From contig CAWIIV010000006.1 of the NCBI GenBank assembly GCA_963836205.1, positions 618,796-682,795 on the forward strand: a stretch of 64,000 nucleotides of DNA, read 5' to 3'. The notes beneath the pieces are model-generated. The model made no database searches. It was not told the DNA's origin and worked only from the letters and a program-made list of their open reading frames with translations. Source of the DNA: an uncultured Acidimicrobiia bacterium. GTDB taxonomy: Bacteria > Actinomycetota > Acidimicrobiia > Acidimicrobiales > AC-14. The translations under genes and the position numbers were made by a program. Shown here piece by piece: positions 39,676 to 48,071 of this stretch (positions within the stretch are counted from its first letter, which is position 1; each line of letters starts with the position of its first letter).

Positions 39676-39996
39676 CCGAGCGAATGGGGCGAGAGGTGCT
39701 CCGGAGGGACCTCCTGTGGCATTCGCTCGGATCGGGCAGGGCGAGAACCACGGCGGACGGGGGCGTTCGTGGCGATCGCTCGTCGGCGGCGAGGTCGTCA
39801 CCGGAGCGGGTGGTACGGGAGGCCCGGGCGTGTTCGTCGCGATCGCCTCGGTGGCGGCGGGGTCGTCATCGGAGCGAATGGCGCGGGAGCCCCCGTGGAG
39901 GGGGTGTTCGTGGCGATCGCTCGGGCGTCGGCCGGGCCTGACCGGAGCGAACGGCGCGGGAGCCCCCGTGGAGGGGGTGTTCGTGGCGATCGCTCG
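39676..39996. repeat. array of ~5 degenerate hairpin units GAGCGA...TCGCTC
   Basis: Perfect 11-bp arms at 39676-39730; near-identical 53-bp copies at 39871-39923 and 39944-39996; GTTCGTGGCGATCGCTCG recurs. Confidence 0.85.
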
Positions 39997-40050
39997 GCGA
40001 TCGGTCGGCGGCGTGGTCGGGGGTCCCCGGGGCTCGGTAGTGTGCCTCGG

Positions 40051-40464
40051 ATGCGTGGAACGTCGGTCCCGACGATGATGACCCGGGTGGAGACGGCCCT
40101 GGTGCGGGCCGCCCGCCAGCCGGGCGGCGTGAGCGCAGGGGGGCCGATCTTCGTGCACACCGAGGGCGACGACGAGCTGGGCATCGCCAACCTCCGCGAC
40201 CCGGCCACCATCCGGGTCGAGTTCCTGTCCGGGTCCGACCGGCCGGTCGTCGGCGACGCCATCCGATTCGGCAAGAAGGCGGTCCGCCGCAGCCTGCGGT
40301 GGTACACCACCCCGCCGTGGGACCAGCAGAGCCGCTTCAACCACGCCCTCCTCGACCTGGTGGAGAAGCTCCGCCTGCAGAACGAGCGCCTGCGCAACGA
40401 GGTGGAGGAGCTCAACCGGCTCCTGCGGGAGGAACACAAGAAGTCCGCCGCCGATGACGGCTGA
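40051..40464 (+). CDS. small coiled-coil protein of the glycan locus
   Basis: RRSLRWY...QQSRFNHALL..VEKLRLQNERLRNEVEEL; overlaps the start of the next GT. Start is 40051 or 40075. Confidence 0.7.
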   Translation: MRGTSVPTMMTRVETALVRAARQPGGVSAGGPIFVHTEGDDELGIANLRDPATIRVEFLSGSDRPVVGDAIRFGKKAVRRSLRWYTTPPWDQQSRFNHALLDLVEKLRLQNERLRNEVEELNRLLREEHKKSAADDG

Positions 40465-42295
40465 GCCGCCGCCGCGCCCGGTCGCGGTCGTCATCCTCAC
40501 GTGGAACGCCATCGAGTTCTCCAAGAAGTGCCTGGCCGCCCTCAAGGAGATGACCGACCACCCCAGCTGGCGGCTGATCGTGGTCGACAACGGCAGCGTC
40601 GACGGCACCCCCGAGTGGCTGAGCACCCTCCCGTGGGTCACCCTCGTGCGCAACAGCCGCAACCTGGGCTTCACCAAGGGCTGCAACATCGGGATCACCG
40701 CCTGCCTGCCGGACGAGGACGTCGTCCTCATGAACAACGACGTCATCGTCACCGACCGCCACTGGCTCTCCAAGCTCCAGGCCTCCGCCTACGCCGACGT
40801 CGAGCCCGTCCGGGGCGTGGTCGGCGCCCGCCTGGTCGACGCCCAGGGGACGATCCTGCACCTGGGCGCCCTGATGATGCCGCTGACCCTCATGGGCCAG
40901 CAGATGGGCGGCTTCGAGCTCGACGTCAACCAGTGCAACACCACCCGGTCGGTGGAGTCGGTGGTGTTCGCCCAGGTGTATGTCCGCCGCGACTGCCTGA
41001 ACGCCATCGGCCCCCTCGACGAGGACCTGTTCGCCTACTTCGACGACTCCGACTTCTGCCTGCGGGCCATCAGAGCCGGCTGGGACGTGGTGTGCGAAGG
41101 CAGCGTCACGAGCGTCCACCACCAGAGCACGTCGACCAAGGAGAACAAGGTCGACTTCTGGTCGGTCTACGGCAAGTCCCGCAAGGTGTTCACCCGCAAG
41201 TGGGCCCAGTACCTGGAGCACGACCGCTACGACCTGGAGATGGCGTGGCACTCGGTGGTGCACCAGCCCATGGGCTACGGGGTCCAGAGCCGCCACATCA
41301 TGAAGGCGCTCCACTTCGCCGGCATCAAGGTCGCCTACAAGAACGCGTACAACCAGGAGGACGACCCCACCGAGGACTTCCTCCTCGACGACATCATGAA
41401 GCGGGCGATCCGCCCCGACGTCACCCAGGTGGCCCTGTGCCAGGCCGACTCCTTCTTCCCGGTCGAGGGCAAGCACACCGTGGGGTGGACGATGCTCGAA
41501 GTCACCGGCCTGCCGCCGACGTGGGTGGCGGGGTGCAACTCGATGGACGAGGTCTGGGTGCCGGCGTCGTTCAACGTCGACACCTTCCGCAACTCGGGGG
41601 TGACGGTGCCGATCCACGTCATGCCCCTGGGTGTCGATGTCGACTACTTCCACCCCGAGATCACCGGTTACCGGCCGTCGACCCGGTTCACGTTCCTGTC
41701 GGTGTTCGAATGGGGCGAGCGCAAGGCGCCCGAGGTGCTGCTGCGGGCCTTCGCCGAGGAGTTCAAGGACTCGGAGGACGTGCTCCTGCTGCTCTCGGTG
41801 TTCAACCGCGACCCCCAGGTCGACGTGCACCAGCAGATCGCCGACCTCGACCTGCCGCCGACGGCGCCGATCGTGGTCATGCTCAACCCCAAGTTCGCCG
41901 CCCACCAGATGGGATCGCTCTACCGGTCGGCAGACGCGTTCGTGCTGCCCACGAGGGGTGAGGGCTGGGGGATGCCCGTGCTGGAAGCCATGGCGTGTGG
42001 GCTGCCCACCATCGCCACCCGGTGGAGCGGGCCGGCCGACTTCCTCCACGAGGGCGTGGGCTACCCGCTGGAGCCGTTGCGGCTGGTGCCGGCCGAGGCC
42101 CGCTGCGAGTACTACGCCGGATTCGACTGGGCCGATCCCGACGTCGAGCAGCTCCGCTCACTGATGCGCCAGGTGGCCGACAACCCCGAGGCGGCCCGGC
42201 TCAGGGGCCTGGCCGCGGCAGCCGAGGTGGCGGCCAACTGGACCTGGCACGACGTCGCCCGCAAGGTCAAGGCCCGCCTGGTCGAGATCGGCTGA
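40454..42295 (+). CDS. bifunctional GT2-GT4 glycosyltransferase
   Basis: VVDNGS.DGT, NLGFTKGCN, LMNND, YFDDSDFCLR; then WGERK, PTRGEGWGMPVLEAMACGLP. Confidence 0.92.
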   Translation: MTAEPPPRPVAVVILTWNAIEFSKKCLAALKEMTDHPSWRLIVVDNGSVDGTPEWLSTLPWVTLVRNSRNLGFTKGCNIGITACLPDEDVVLMNNDVIVTDRHWLSKLQASAYADVEPVRGVVGARLVDAQGTILHLGALMMPLTLMGQQMGGFELDVNQCNTTRSVESVVFAQVYVRRDCLNAIGPLDEDLFAYFDDSDFCLRAIRAGWDVVCEGSVTSVHHQSTSTKENKVDFWSVYGKSRKVFTRKWAQYLEHDRYDLEMAWHSVVHQPMGYGVQSRHIMKALHFAGIKVAYKNAYNQEDDPTEDFLLDDIMKRAIRPDVTQVALCQADSFFPVEGKHTVGWTMLEVTGLPPTWVAGCNSMDEVWVPASFNVDTFRNSGVTVPIHVMPLGVDVDYFHPEITGYRPSTRFTFLSVFEWGERKAPEVLLRAFAEEFKDSEDVLLLLSVFNRDPQVDVHQQIADLDLPPTAPIVVMLNPKFAAHQMGSLYRSADAFVLPTRGEGWGMPVLEAMACGLPTIATRWSGPADFLHEGVGYPLEPLRLVPAEARCEYYAGFDWADPDVEQLRSLMRQVADNPEAARLRGLAAAAEVAANWTWHDVARKVKARLVEIG

Positions 42296-42330
42296 CGCCT
42301 CCGATCGGCCAAGGGGGCCAAAACCGGTCG

Positions 42331-43392
42331 ATGGTCGAGATCGGGTCGCGGCCTCCCGCTAGCGTCGGTTCCGTGGCCGAGGACGGGGTGGTCGTCGAGG
42401 CGGCGGGGCGGGAGATCGTGATCACCCACCCGGGCAAGGTCTTCTTCGCCGAGCGGGGCGACACCAAGCTCGACCTCGTCCGCTACTACCAGTCGGTGCA
42501 GGGACCGCTCATGGCGGCCATGGGCGGACGACCGGTGCTGCTCCAGCGCTTCCCGAATGGGGCCGGCGGGTCGTCGTTCTTCCAGAAGCGGGTGCCCGAG
42601 GTGCGGCCCGACTGGCTGGAGACCAGCGTGGTGAGCACCCCCAACGGCACCACGTCGCAGGCGCTGGTGACGGCCGACCTGGCCCACGTGCTGTGGGCCG
42701 TCAACATGGGCTGCCTCGGCTTCCACGTGTGGCCGGCGAAGGCCGACGACCCCCAGCACGCCGACGAGCTGCGTATCGACCTCGACCCCAGCCCGGGGGT
42801 GGACTTCCCCATGTTGCGGGAGGCGGCCACCGAGGTTCGGGCGCTGTTCGACGAGCTGGGCGTGGTCGCCCTGCCCAAGACCACCGGCAACCGGGGCATC
42901 CACGTGTACGTCCGGCTGCAACCGCGGTGGACGTCGTACGAGGTGCGCTCGGCGGCGGTGGCGGTGGCCCGGGAGCTGGAGCGGCGGCGGCCCGACCTGG
43001 TCACCGCCGCCTGGTGGAAGGAGGAGCGGGGCAGCCGGGTGTTCGTCGACTTCAACCAGAACGCGCCCCACAAGACGATCTTCGGGGCGTGGTCGGTGCG
43101 GGCCCGTCCCGGAGCCCAGGTGTCGACGCCGTTCCAATGGGACGAGCTGGAGGCGGTGCACCCCGACGACTTCACCATCGCCACCGTCCCCCGAAGGGTG
43201 GAGGAGGCGGGGGACCCGTGGGCGCCGATGACCACCGACCCGCAGTCGTTGGAACCGATCCTGGCCCTCCACGAGCGGGACAAGGATGCCGGACTGCTCG
43301 ACGCCCCGTGGCCCCCCGTCTACCCCAAGATGCCGGGTGAGCCGCCCCGGGTCGCCCCCAGCCGGGCCCGCAAGGTCACGGAGGAGGCATGA
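42331..43392 (+). CDS. stand-alone LigD-Pol-like primase-polymerase (AEP superfamily)
   Basis: ITHPGKV, TKLDLVRYY, LQRFPNG, FFQKR, IDLDP, KTTGNRGIHVY, FVDFNQN, SVR, VSTP. Confidence 0.9.
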   Translation: MVEIGSRPPASVGSVAEDGVVVEAAGREIVITHPGKVFFAERGDTKLDLVRYYQSVQGPLMAAMGGRPVLLQRFPNGAGGSSFFQKRVPEVRPDWLETSVVSTPNGTTSQALVTADLAHVLWAVNMGCLGFHVWPAKADDPQHADELRIDLDPSPGVDFPMLREAATEVRALFDELGVVALPKTTGNRGIHVYVRLQPRWTSYEVRSAAVAVARELERRRPDLVTAAWWKEERGSRVFVDFNQNAPHKTIFGAWSVRARPGAQVSTPFQWDELEAVHPDDFTIATVPRRVEEAGDPWAPMTTDPQSLEPILALHERDKDAGLLDAPWPPVYPKMPGEPPRVAPSRARKVTEEA

Positions 43393-44261
43393 CCGGCCGG
43401 AGGCCGTGGACGGCGATGGGCGCGGTGGCCGTGGTCGGTGCGCTCGGCCTGATGACCGCCGGCTGCGGTGGCGACTCCCCCACGTCGTCCACCCCCACCT
43501 CGGCCGTGGTGACCTCGTCCACGAGGGTGGCGGCCACCACCGTCGCGCCCGCGCCGTCGTCCACCGCCGCCACCAGCCCGCCGACCACCTCGCCGGCCCT
43601 CCCGACCGTCGTCGACGACGTCCTCCGGGGTGGGAGCGAAGCCGACCGCTACACCTACGAACAGACCTTCCCCCGGTTGCAAGGCCTGGTCGACCTGTCC
43701 GTGCAGGACGCGATCAACGCCCAGATCCTCACCGAGGTCACCGCCATCGTCGACGATTTCGTGGCCGGGACCGATGGCTACCCGGACCCGTCGGGCCCGT
43801 CGGCCGACCAGCGCAGCGCGCTCAAGGGGTCGTACGAGGTGTCCCGCATCGACGACGCTCTGCTCAGCACGCGGGTGCACGCCAGTCCCTACTTTGCGGG
43901 CGCGGCCCACCCCGGGTCGGTGCAGGTCACCTTCAACTTCGACCTCCGGACGGGGAAACGCCTGGCCCTGGCCGACCTGTTCACGGCCGACGTTCCTTAC
44001 CTGGCCACGCTGTCGGCGCATTCCCGGCTGCTGCTGGCGACCCAGCCGGGTATCGGCGGACTCCCTGAATTCGTCACGCCCGGTACCGAGCCCACGGCCG
44101 ACAACTTCGCCCACTGGACCCTCAGCGACCAGGACCTGGTGATCACCTTCGACCAGTACCAGGTGGCCCCGGGCGCGGCCGGGACACCTCACGTGAGCAT
44201 CCCCTTCGCCTCCCTACGAACCATCCTCGACCCCACCGGCCCCCTCGCCATCCACAACTGA
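43389..44261 (+). CDS. lipoprotein with DUF4163/DUF3298 (RsiV-like) domains
   Basis: Lipobox TAGC, S/T stalk, YFAGAAHP, NFDLRTGKRLALADLF, FDQYQVAP.A.G. Confidence 0.85.
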   Translation: MTGRRPWTAMGAVAVVGALGLMTAGCGGDSPTSSTPTSAVVTSSTRVAATTVAPAPSSTAATSPPTTSPALPTVVDDVLRGGSEADRYTYEQTFPRLQGLVDLSVQDAINAQILTEVTAIVDDFVAGTDGYPDPSGPSADQRSALKGSYEVSRIDDALLSTRVHASPYFAGAAHPGSVQVTFNFDLRTGKRLALADLFTADVPYLATLSAHSRLLLATQPGIGGLPEFVTPGTEPTADNFAHWTLSDQDLVITFDQYQVAPGAAGTPHVSIPFASLRTILDPTGPLAIHN

Positions 44262-44534
44262 GCCAGATCTTCCGAGGGCGGTTGGTACGATCGGCGACGT
44301 GCCAGACGACTCGAGCTTCGGGCAGTGGGTGGCGGAGGAGGGTGGTCCGCAGCAGTCGTCGTGATCGTCGAGGACGTCCGACGACAGGTTGCGAAAGGCT
44401 TGCTTCCCGGGTTCACCGCCAAGGACGAGTTTCTCGACGGCGACCACGAGCGCATCCTGGTTGTCCGAATCCGCAAAGCCGCCCCGGGCGACTGAGACCT
44501 CGAGCCGCATATTGGGCGAAGGCCGCATCCTCAA

Positions 44535-44912
44535 CTAGCGAGCGGCGTCCTCGGCCTCGACCTGGCGGGCGAGGCGTTTGGGGGCGACCAGGACGAACGA
44601 GCTGCGGACCCATTCCTCGACCTGGAGCCAGCGGTCGTCGCCGGGGTCGGGGGGGAGGTCGAGGGACACCCACCCGTGGCGGCCCAGGCCGTAGCCGGCG
44701 GGGGTGACGTCGGGATCGGTGGCCACCACCGCCGCCGCCTCCTCCTTGGGGAGCTTGAGGCTGAGGTTCCGGGCCTCCTGGTCGGAGAAGACGAAGTTCT
44801 TCCCGCGGACACGGAACGTGGGGTGGTCGCCCCACTCGGCGATGTCGACCCGTTCCGCCTCCGGGAGGCGGGCGACGATCGCCTCCAGCCGGTCCATGTT
44901 GTCGCCGGCCAC
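44535..44912 (-). CDS. MmcQ/YjbR family protein
   Basis: WGDHPTFRVRGKNF, YGLGRHGWV, WVRSSFVLVAPKRL. Confidence 0.88.
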   Translation of the reverse strand: MAGDNMDRLEAIVARLPEAERVDIAEWGDHPTFRVRGKNFVFSDQEARNLSLKLPKEEAAAVVATDPDVTPAGYGLGRHGWVSLDLPPDPGDDRWLQVEEWVRSSFVLVAPKRLARQVEAEDAAR

Positions 44913-44919
44913 GCCCGCC

Positions 44920-45906
44920 TCAGCCCTTCAGCACACGCTTCAGGGCCTGGGCCTTGGTGATCACCGGATCGAAGCGGTTGCGGGCCTGGCGGAGGGGGGC
45001 GGTGACCCGCCACGACAGCGTGCGCCGCATGGCCTCGGCCTCGGCCAGGGTGGCGGCGCCCCGGTAGGGGGCGTTGATGACGGCCGTGAGGTGGGAGTAG
45101 CGGCGGGTGACGGGCAGGTCGTCGAACGTGCACAGCATGTTGTCGGCCGGGCCGTGGATGCCGTTGTCGTAGAGGAACTCGTAGATCTCGTGGGGCGTCT
45201 CCAGCCGGCAGAGGGCCCCGTCGACCCGGTCCATCACGAAGACGTGGGGGAACAGCTCCTTGATCCGGGCCAGGGCCACCTGGGGCAGCACGCTCTGGTG
45301 GATCGTGAACCCGAACGTGTTGAACTCCAGCACGGTGGCCGGCCGGTAGGTGGCCAGGGTCTTCTCCGCCCCCGCCAGCACCGACAGCTCGGCACCCTCC
45401 ACGTCGACCTTGACGAAGTCGACCCGGTCGAGCTGGCGATCGGCCACGAACTCGTCGATGGTGGTGGTGGCGGCCTCGAACGACTGCGACCCGTAGGACT
45501 CGGACGACAGCAGCGACCCCTCGTCGGACGAGAAGCTGCCGGCGCTGAAGAACGAGAAGTCGTGGAAATGGACGGTGCCGGTGGTGTCGCTCACAGCCAG
45601 CTGGCAGGCGTCGACGTTGGCCGCCCCGTTCGTCTTCAGGTTCGACTGGAGGTGGCCGTAGGCGCTGGGCGACGGCTCGAAGGCGTAGATCTTGCCCTTC
45701 GGCGCCAGGCTCGACAGGCCCAGGCTGTAGAGGCCGATGTTGGCCCCCACGTCGAGGCAGACGGAGTCGGGCCGGATGTGGGGCTGGATGGCGGCCATGA
45801 CCGAATCGGTGATGTCACCGCCGTCGGGGATGTGCCGGTAGTAGTCGTCGCCCTCCCCGCCGGAGATGGTGAACGTGCGGCCGTAGATCTTGACTGTCTT
45901 GGACAT
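44920..45906 (-). CDS. FkbM family methyltransferase
   Basis: LDVGANIG, YAFEP, VKVDVEGAE; C-terminal SWRVTAPLR motif. Confidence 0.92.
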   Translation of the reverse strand: MSKTVKIYGRTFTISGGEGDDYYRHIPDGGDITDSVMAAIQPHIRPDSVCLDVGANIGLYSLGLSSLAPKGKIYAFEPSPSAYGHLQSNLKTNGAANVDACQLAVSDTTGTVHFHDFSFFSAGSFSSDEGSLLSSESYGSQSFEAATTTIDEFVADRQLDRVDFVKVDVEGAELSVLAGAEKTLATYRPATVLEFNTFGFTIHQSVLPQVALARIKELFPHVFVMDRVDGALCRLETPHEIYEFLYDNGIHGPADNMLCTFDDLPVTRRYSHLTAVINAPYRGAATLAEAEAMRRTLSWRVTAPLRQARNRFDPVITKAQALKRVLKG

Positions 45907-45939
45907 GTGGACCTGTGTCTAGTCGAGGGGCCGTCTGTA

Positions 45940-47895
45940 TCAGCCGACGAGGCGGCGCAGGCGGCGGTAGAGGCGGACGATCGGTCTGCGTTCGAACGCC
46001 TGCCGGCGCTCGTCGGCCGCCTGGAGGCGGGCGTTGAGGTCGGCGGCGACGGCCTGCTCGTGGGCCAGGGCGACCCGCAGGGCGGCGCCGTCGCGGCCGA
46101 GCTGGTCGTAGCGAGCCTGGAGGTCCTCGACCGAGTGCCCGAGGGCGACCTGGACCTGGAGGGACTGCTCGAGCTGGCGGCATGTCTCGCCCAGGTGGTC
46201 GTAGGTGCGGGCGAGAGTGTGGCGGAGCGACGTGAACGGCAGGTACCGGCTGCTGCCGGGCGACACCTGGGAGACGCTGCCCACCCGTTCGAGCTCCTCC
46301 TGGGTGACGGCGGGGTCGATGCCCCGGACCTTGGCCTGGAGCTCGGCCTCGGCGTGGCGCCACCGGTCGAGCGCCCCCTCGCCGCCGGCGGTGCCGCACA
46401 GGCGGGCGAGGGCCTGGGCCAGCTCGTCGACGGTGGTGGAGAGGGGCCACGGGTGGCGGACGCCCCGGGCGACGACGTTGAAGGCGAAGCTCCACAAGGC
46501 CCGGAGGACGACGAGGTCGGCGTCGACGCCGCCGTCGGCCCGCCACTCGCGGTCGACGTAGGTACCGGCGACGAAGTTTCCCAGGTCGACGTCGAGGTGG
46601 TCGTCGGGGAGGAGGCGGCGGGTGGACGGGCCGGCGAAAGGGTGGTCGGGTGGTGGGTCGCCGGCGTCGGTGACGTCGGTCTCGAGCGCACGGAGGCCGT
46701 TCCGCCAGGCCTGGAGGACCTGGGCGACTGCCGCCGGTCCCTTTTCGAGGGCGGCCAGGGCGTCCTGCTCGACGGTGCGGCCCAGGATGCGGGGCTGGCG
46801 GGCGTCGCGGTGCTGGCTGAGCCACCCCCGCTGGAGGAGTCGGTCGGTGGGCGCGATGGGACTGGCGGTGACGTCGCCGGCCGTCGGGAACGTCTTCGAC
46901 CCCAGCCACGTGCGCAGGCGGTCGCTGCCGAAGAACCAGGCGGCCACCTCGGGGTCGACCCGGCGGTCGATGGGGGCGGCGTCGTGGCCGGCGACCACCA
47001 GGAAGGAGTTGGCCACGTCGGGGCCGAGGCCGGCTTCGAGGAAGACCCGGTGGGCGAGGCGGTCGTCGCAGACCCGGGCCGGGTCGGACGCCAGCGGGCT
47101 GCACGGCCAGCGCACGATCTGGTCGACGAAGTCGGGGGCGTCGACCTCGGCGTAGGCGGCCTCGTCGACCACCACCGCCGGAAGCTTGTAGTCGGGGAAC
47201 GGGAACAGCCACCGCTGGGCGGGGAAACCGGCCTGGGCCAGGAGACCGCCCAGGCGCCGTCTGGACCAGGTGCGGGGACTCGTCCCCTGCGGCGGCGTCC
47301 GGTAGCCCTCCACGCCCGCCCACGGCTCGCCCAGGTGGTCCTCGCCGTAGCCGAGGAGGTACTTGAGGCCGAGCTGGTTCTCGATGGCCACCACGACCAC
47401 CCCGTCGGGCCGGGTGAGGGTGCGGAGCTTGTCGAGCAGGCCCGGGCCGGCGTACTCGAGGACGCCGATGCAGAGGACAACGTCGAAACCGGCGTTGTCC
47501 TCGTAGGCGTCGATCGGTCCGCAGACCACCTCGACGTTGGCCAGACCGTCGCACCGGGCGGCGGCGGCCCGGGCTCGGGGAAGGGTGCCTTCGAGGGCGA
47601 CCACGTCGGCTCCCGTCTCGGCCACATGGCGGGCGAGGGCCCCGGTGCCGGCCCCGACGTCGAGGACACGGGTGCCGGGGCCGAGGTTGAGGGGGCGGAG
47701 GAGGTTCGCCCGCTGGCGGGACAGGTGGTAGCGGGTGGGCCAGTCCGAGATGTGGCGGGCCAGCTCGTCGGACGCGGTGCTGCGGTCGTCGGCCTGCTCC
47801 AGGATCTCGAGCACCGGGTCCTCCGAGCCGTCGGCGTAGTCGACCTCACCGCCGATCAGCCGCACGCCACTGCGGGCGTCCACCCCCTCGGTCAT
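45940..47895 (-). CDS. class I methyltransferase + kinase-like region + coiled coil (WbdD-like architecture)
   Basis: LDVGAGTG, IGVLEY, IENQLGLKY, PDYKLP; DVDLGNFV..VDREW; C-terminal heptads and basic amphipathic end. Confidence 0.8.
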   Translation of the reverse strand: MTEGVDARSGVRLIGGEVDYADGSEDPVLEILEQADDRSTASDELARHISDWPTRYHLSRQRANLLRPLNLGPGTRVLDVGAGTGALARHVAETGADVVALEGTLPRARAAAARCDGLANVEVVCGPIDAYEDNAGFDVVLCIGVLEYAGPGLLDKLRTLTRPDGVVVVAIENQLGLKYLLGYGEDHLGEPWAGVEGYRTPPQGTSPRTWSRRRLGGLLAQAGFPAQRWLFPFPDYKLPAVVVDEAAYAEVDAPDFVDQIVRWPCSPLASDPARVCDDRLAHRVFLEAGLGPDVANSFLVVAGHDAAPIDRRVDPEVAAWFFGSDRLRTWLGSKTFPTAGDVTASPIAPTDRLLQRGWLSQHRDARQPRILGRTVEQDALAALEKGPAAVAQVLQAWRNGLRALETDVTDAGDPPPDHPFAGPSTRRLLPDDHLDVDLGNFVAGTYVDREWRADGGVDADLVVLRALWSFAFNVVARGVRHPWPLSTTVDELAQALARLCGTAGGEGALDRWRHAEAELQAKVRGIDPAVTQEELERVGSVSQVSPGSSRYLPFTSLRHTLARTYDHLGETCRQLEQSLQVQVALGHSVEDLQARYDQLGRDGAALRVALAHEQAVAADLNARLQAADERRQAFERRPIVRLYRRLRRLVG

Positions 47896-47919
47896 CGGAA
47901 GAACCCTACCGGTGCCCCG

Positions 47920-48028
47920 AACTGGTGACGGATGTGGTGGCTGGGGCAACCAATCGTGTCACCGGTTGGCAGCCCCCTCGAACCGGTGACGGATGTGGTG
48001 GCTGGAGCAACCAATCGTGTCACCGGTT
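47920..48028. repeat. two 48-bp hairpin elements (family A) in a divergent intergenic region
   Basis: AACTGGTGAC...GTCACCGGTT (47920-47967) and AACCGGTGAC...GTCACCGGTT (47981-48028). Confidence 0.9.
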
Positions 48029-48071
48029 CGGAGAAGGGGGGCGGGGGGCGGGGCGTCCGTAGACTCCCCCC

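Noticed and set aside
39676-39996. Possible CRISPR array
   Set aside because: Repeats are ~53 bp and degenerate, the linkers resemble each other, and no cas genes are present. The tracts at 16.2, 18.2 and 58.1 kb also lack unique spacers.
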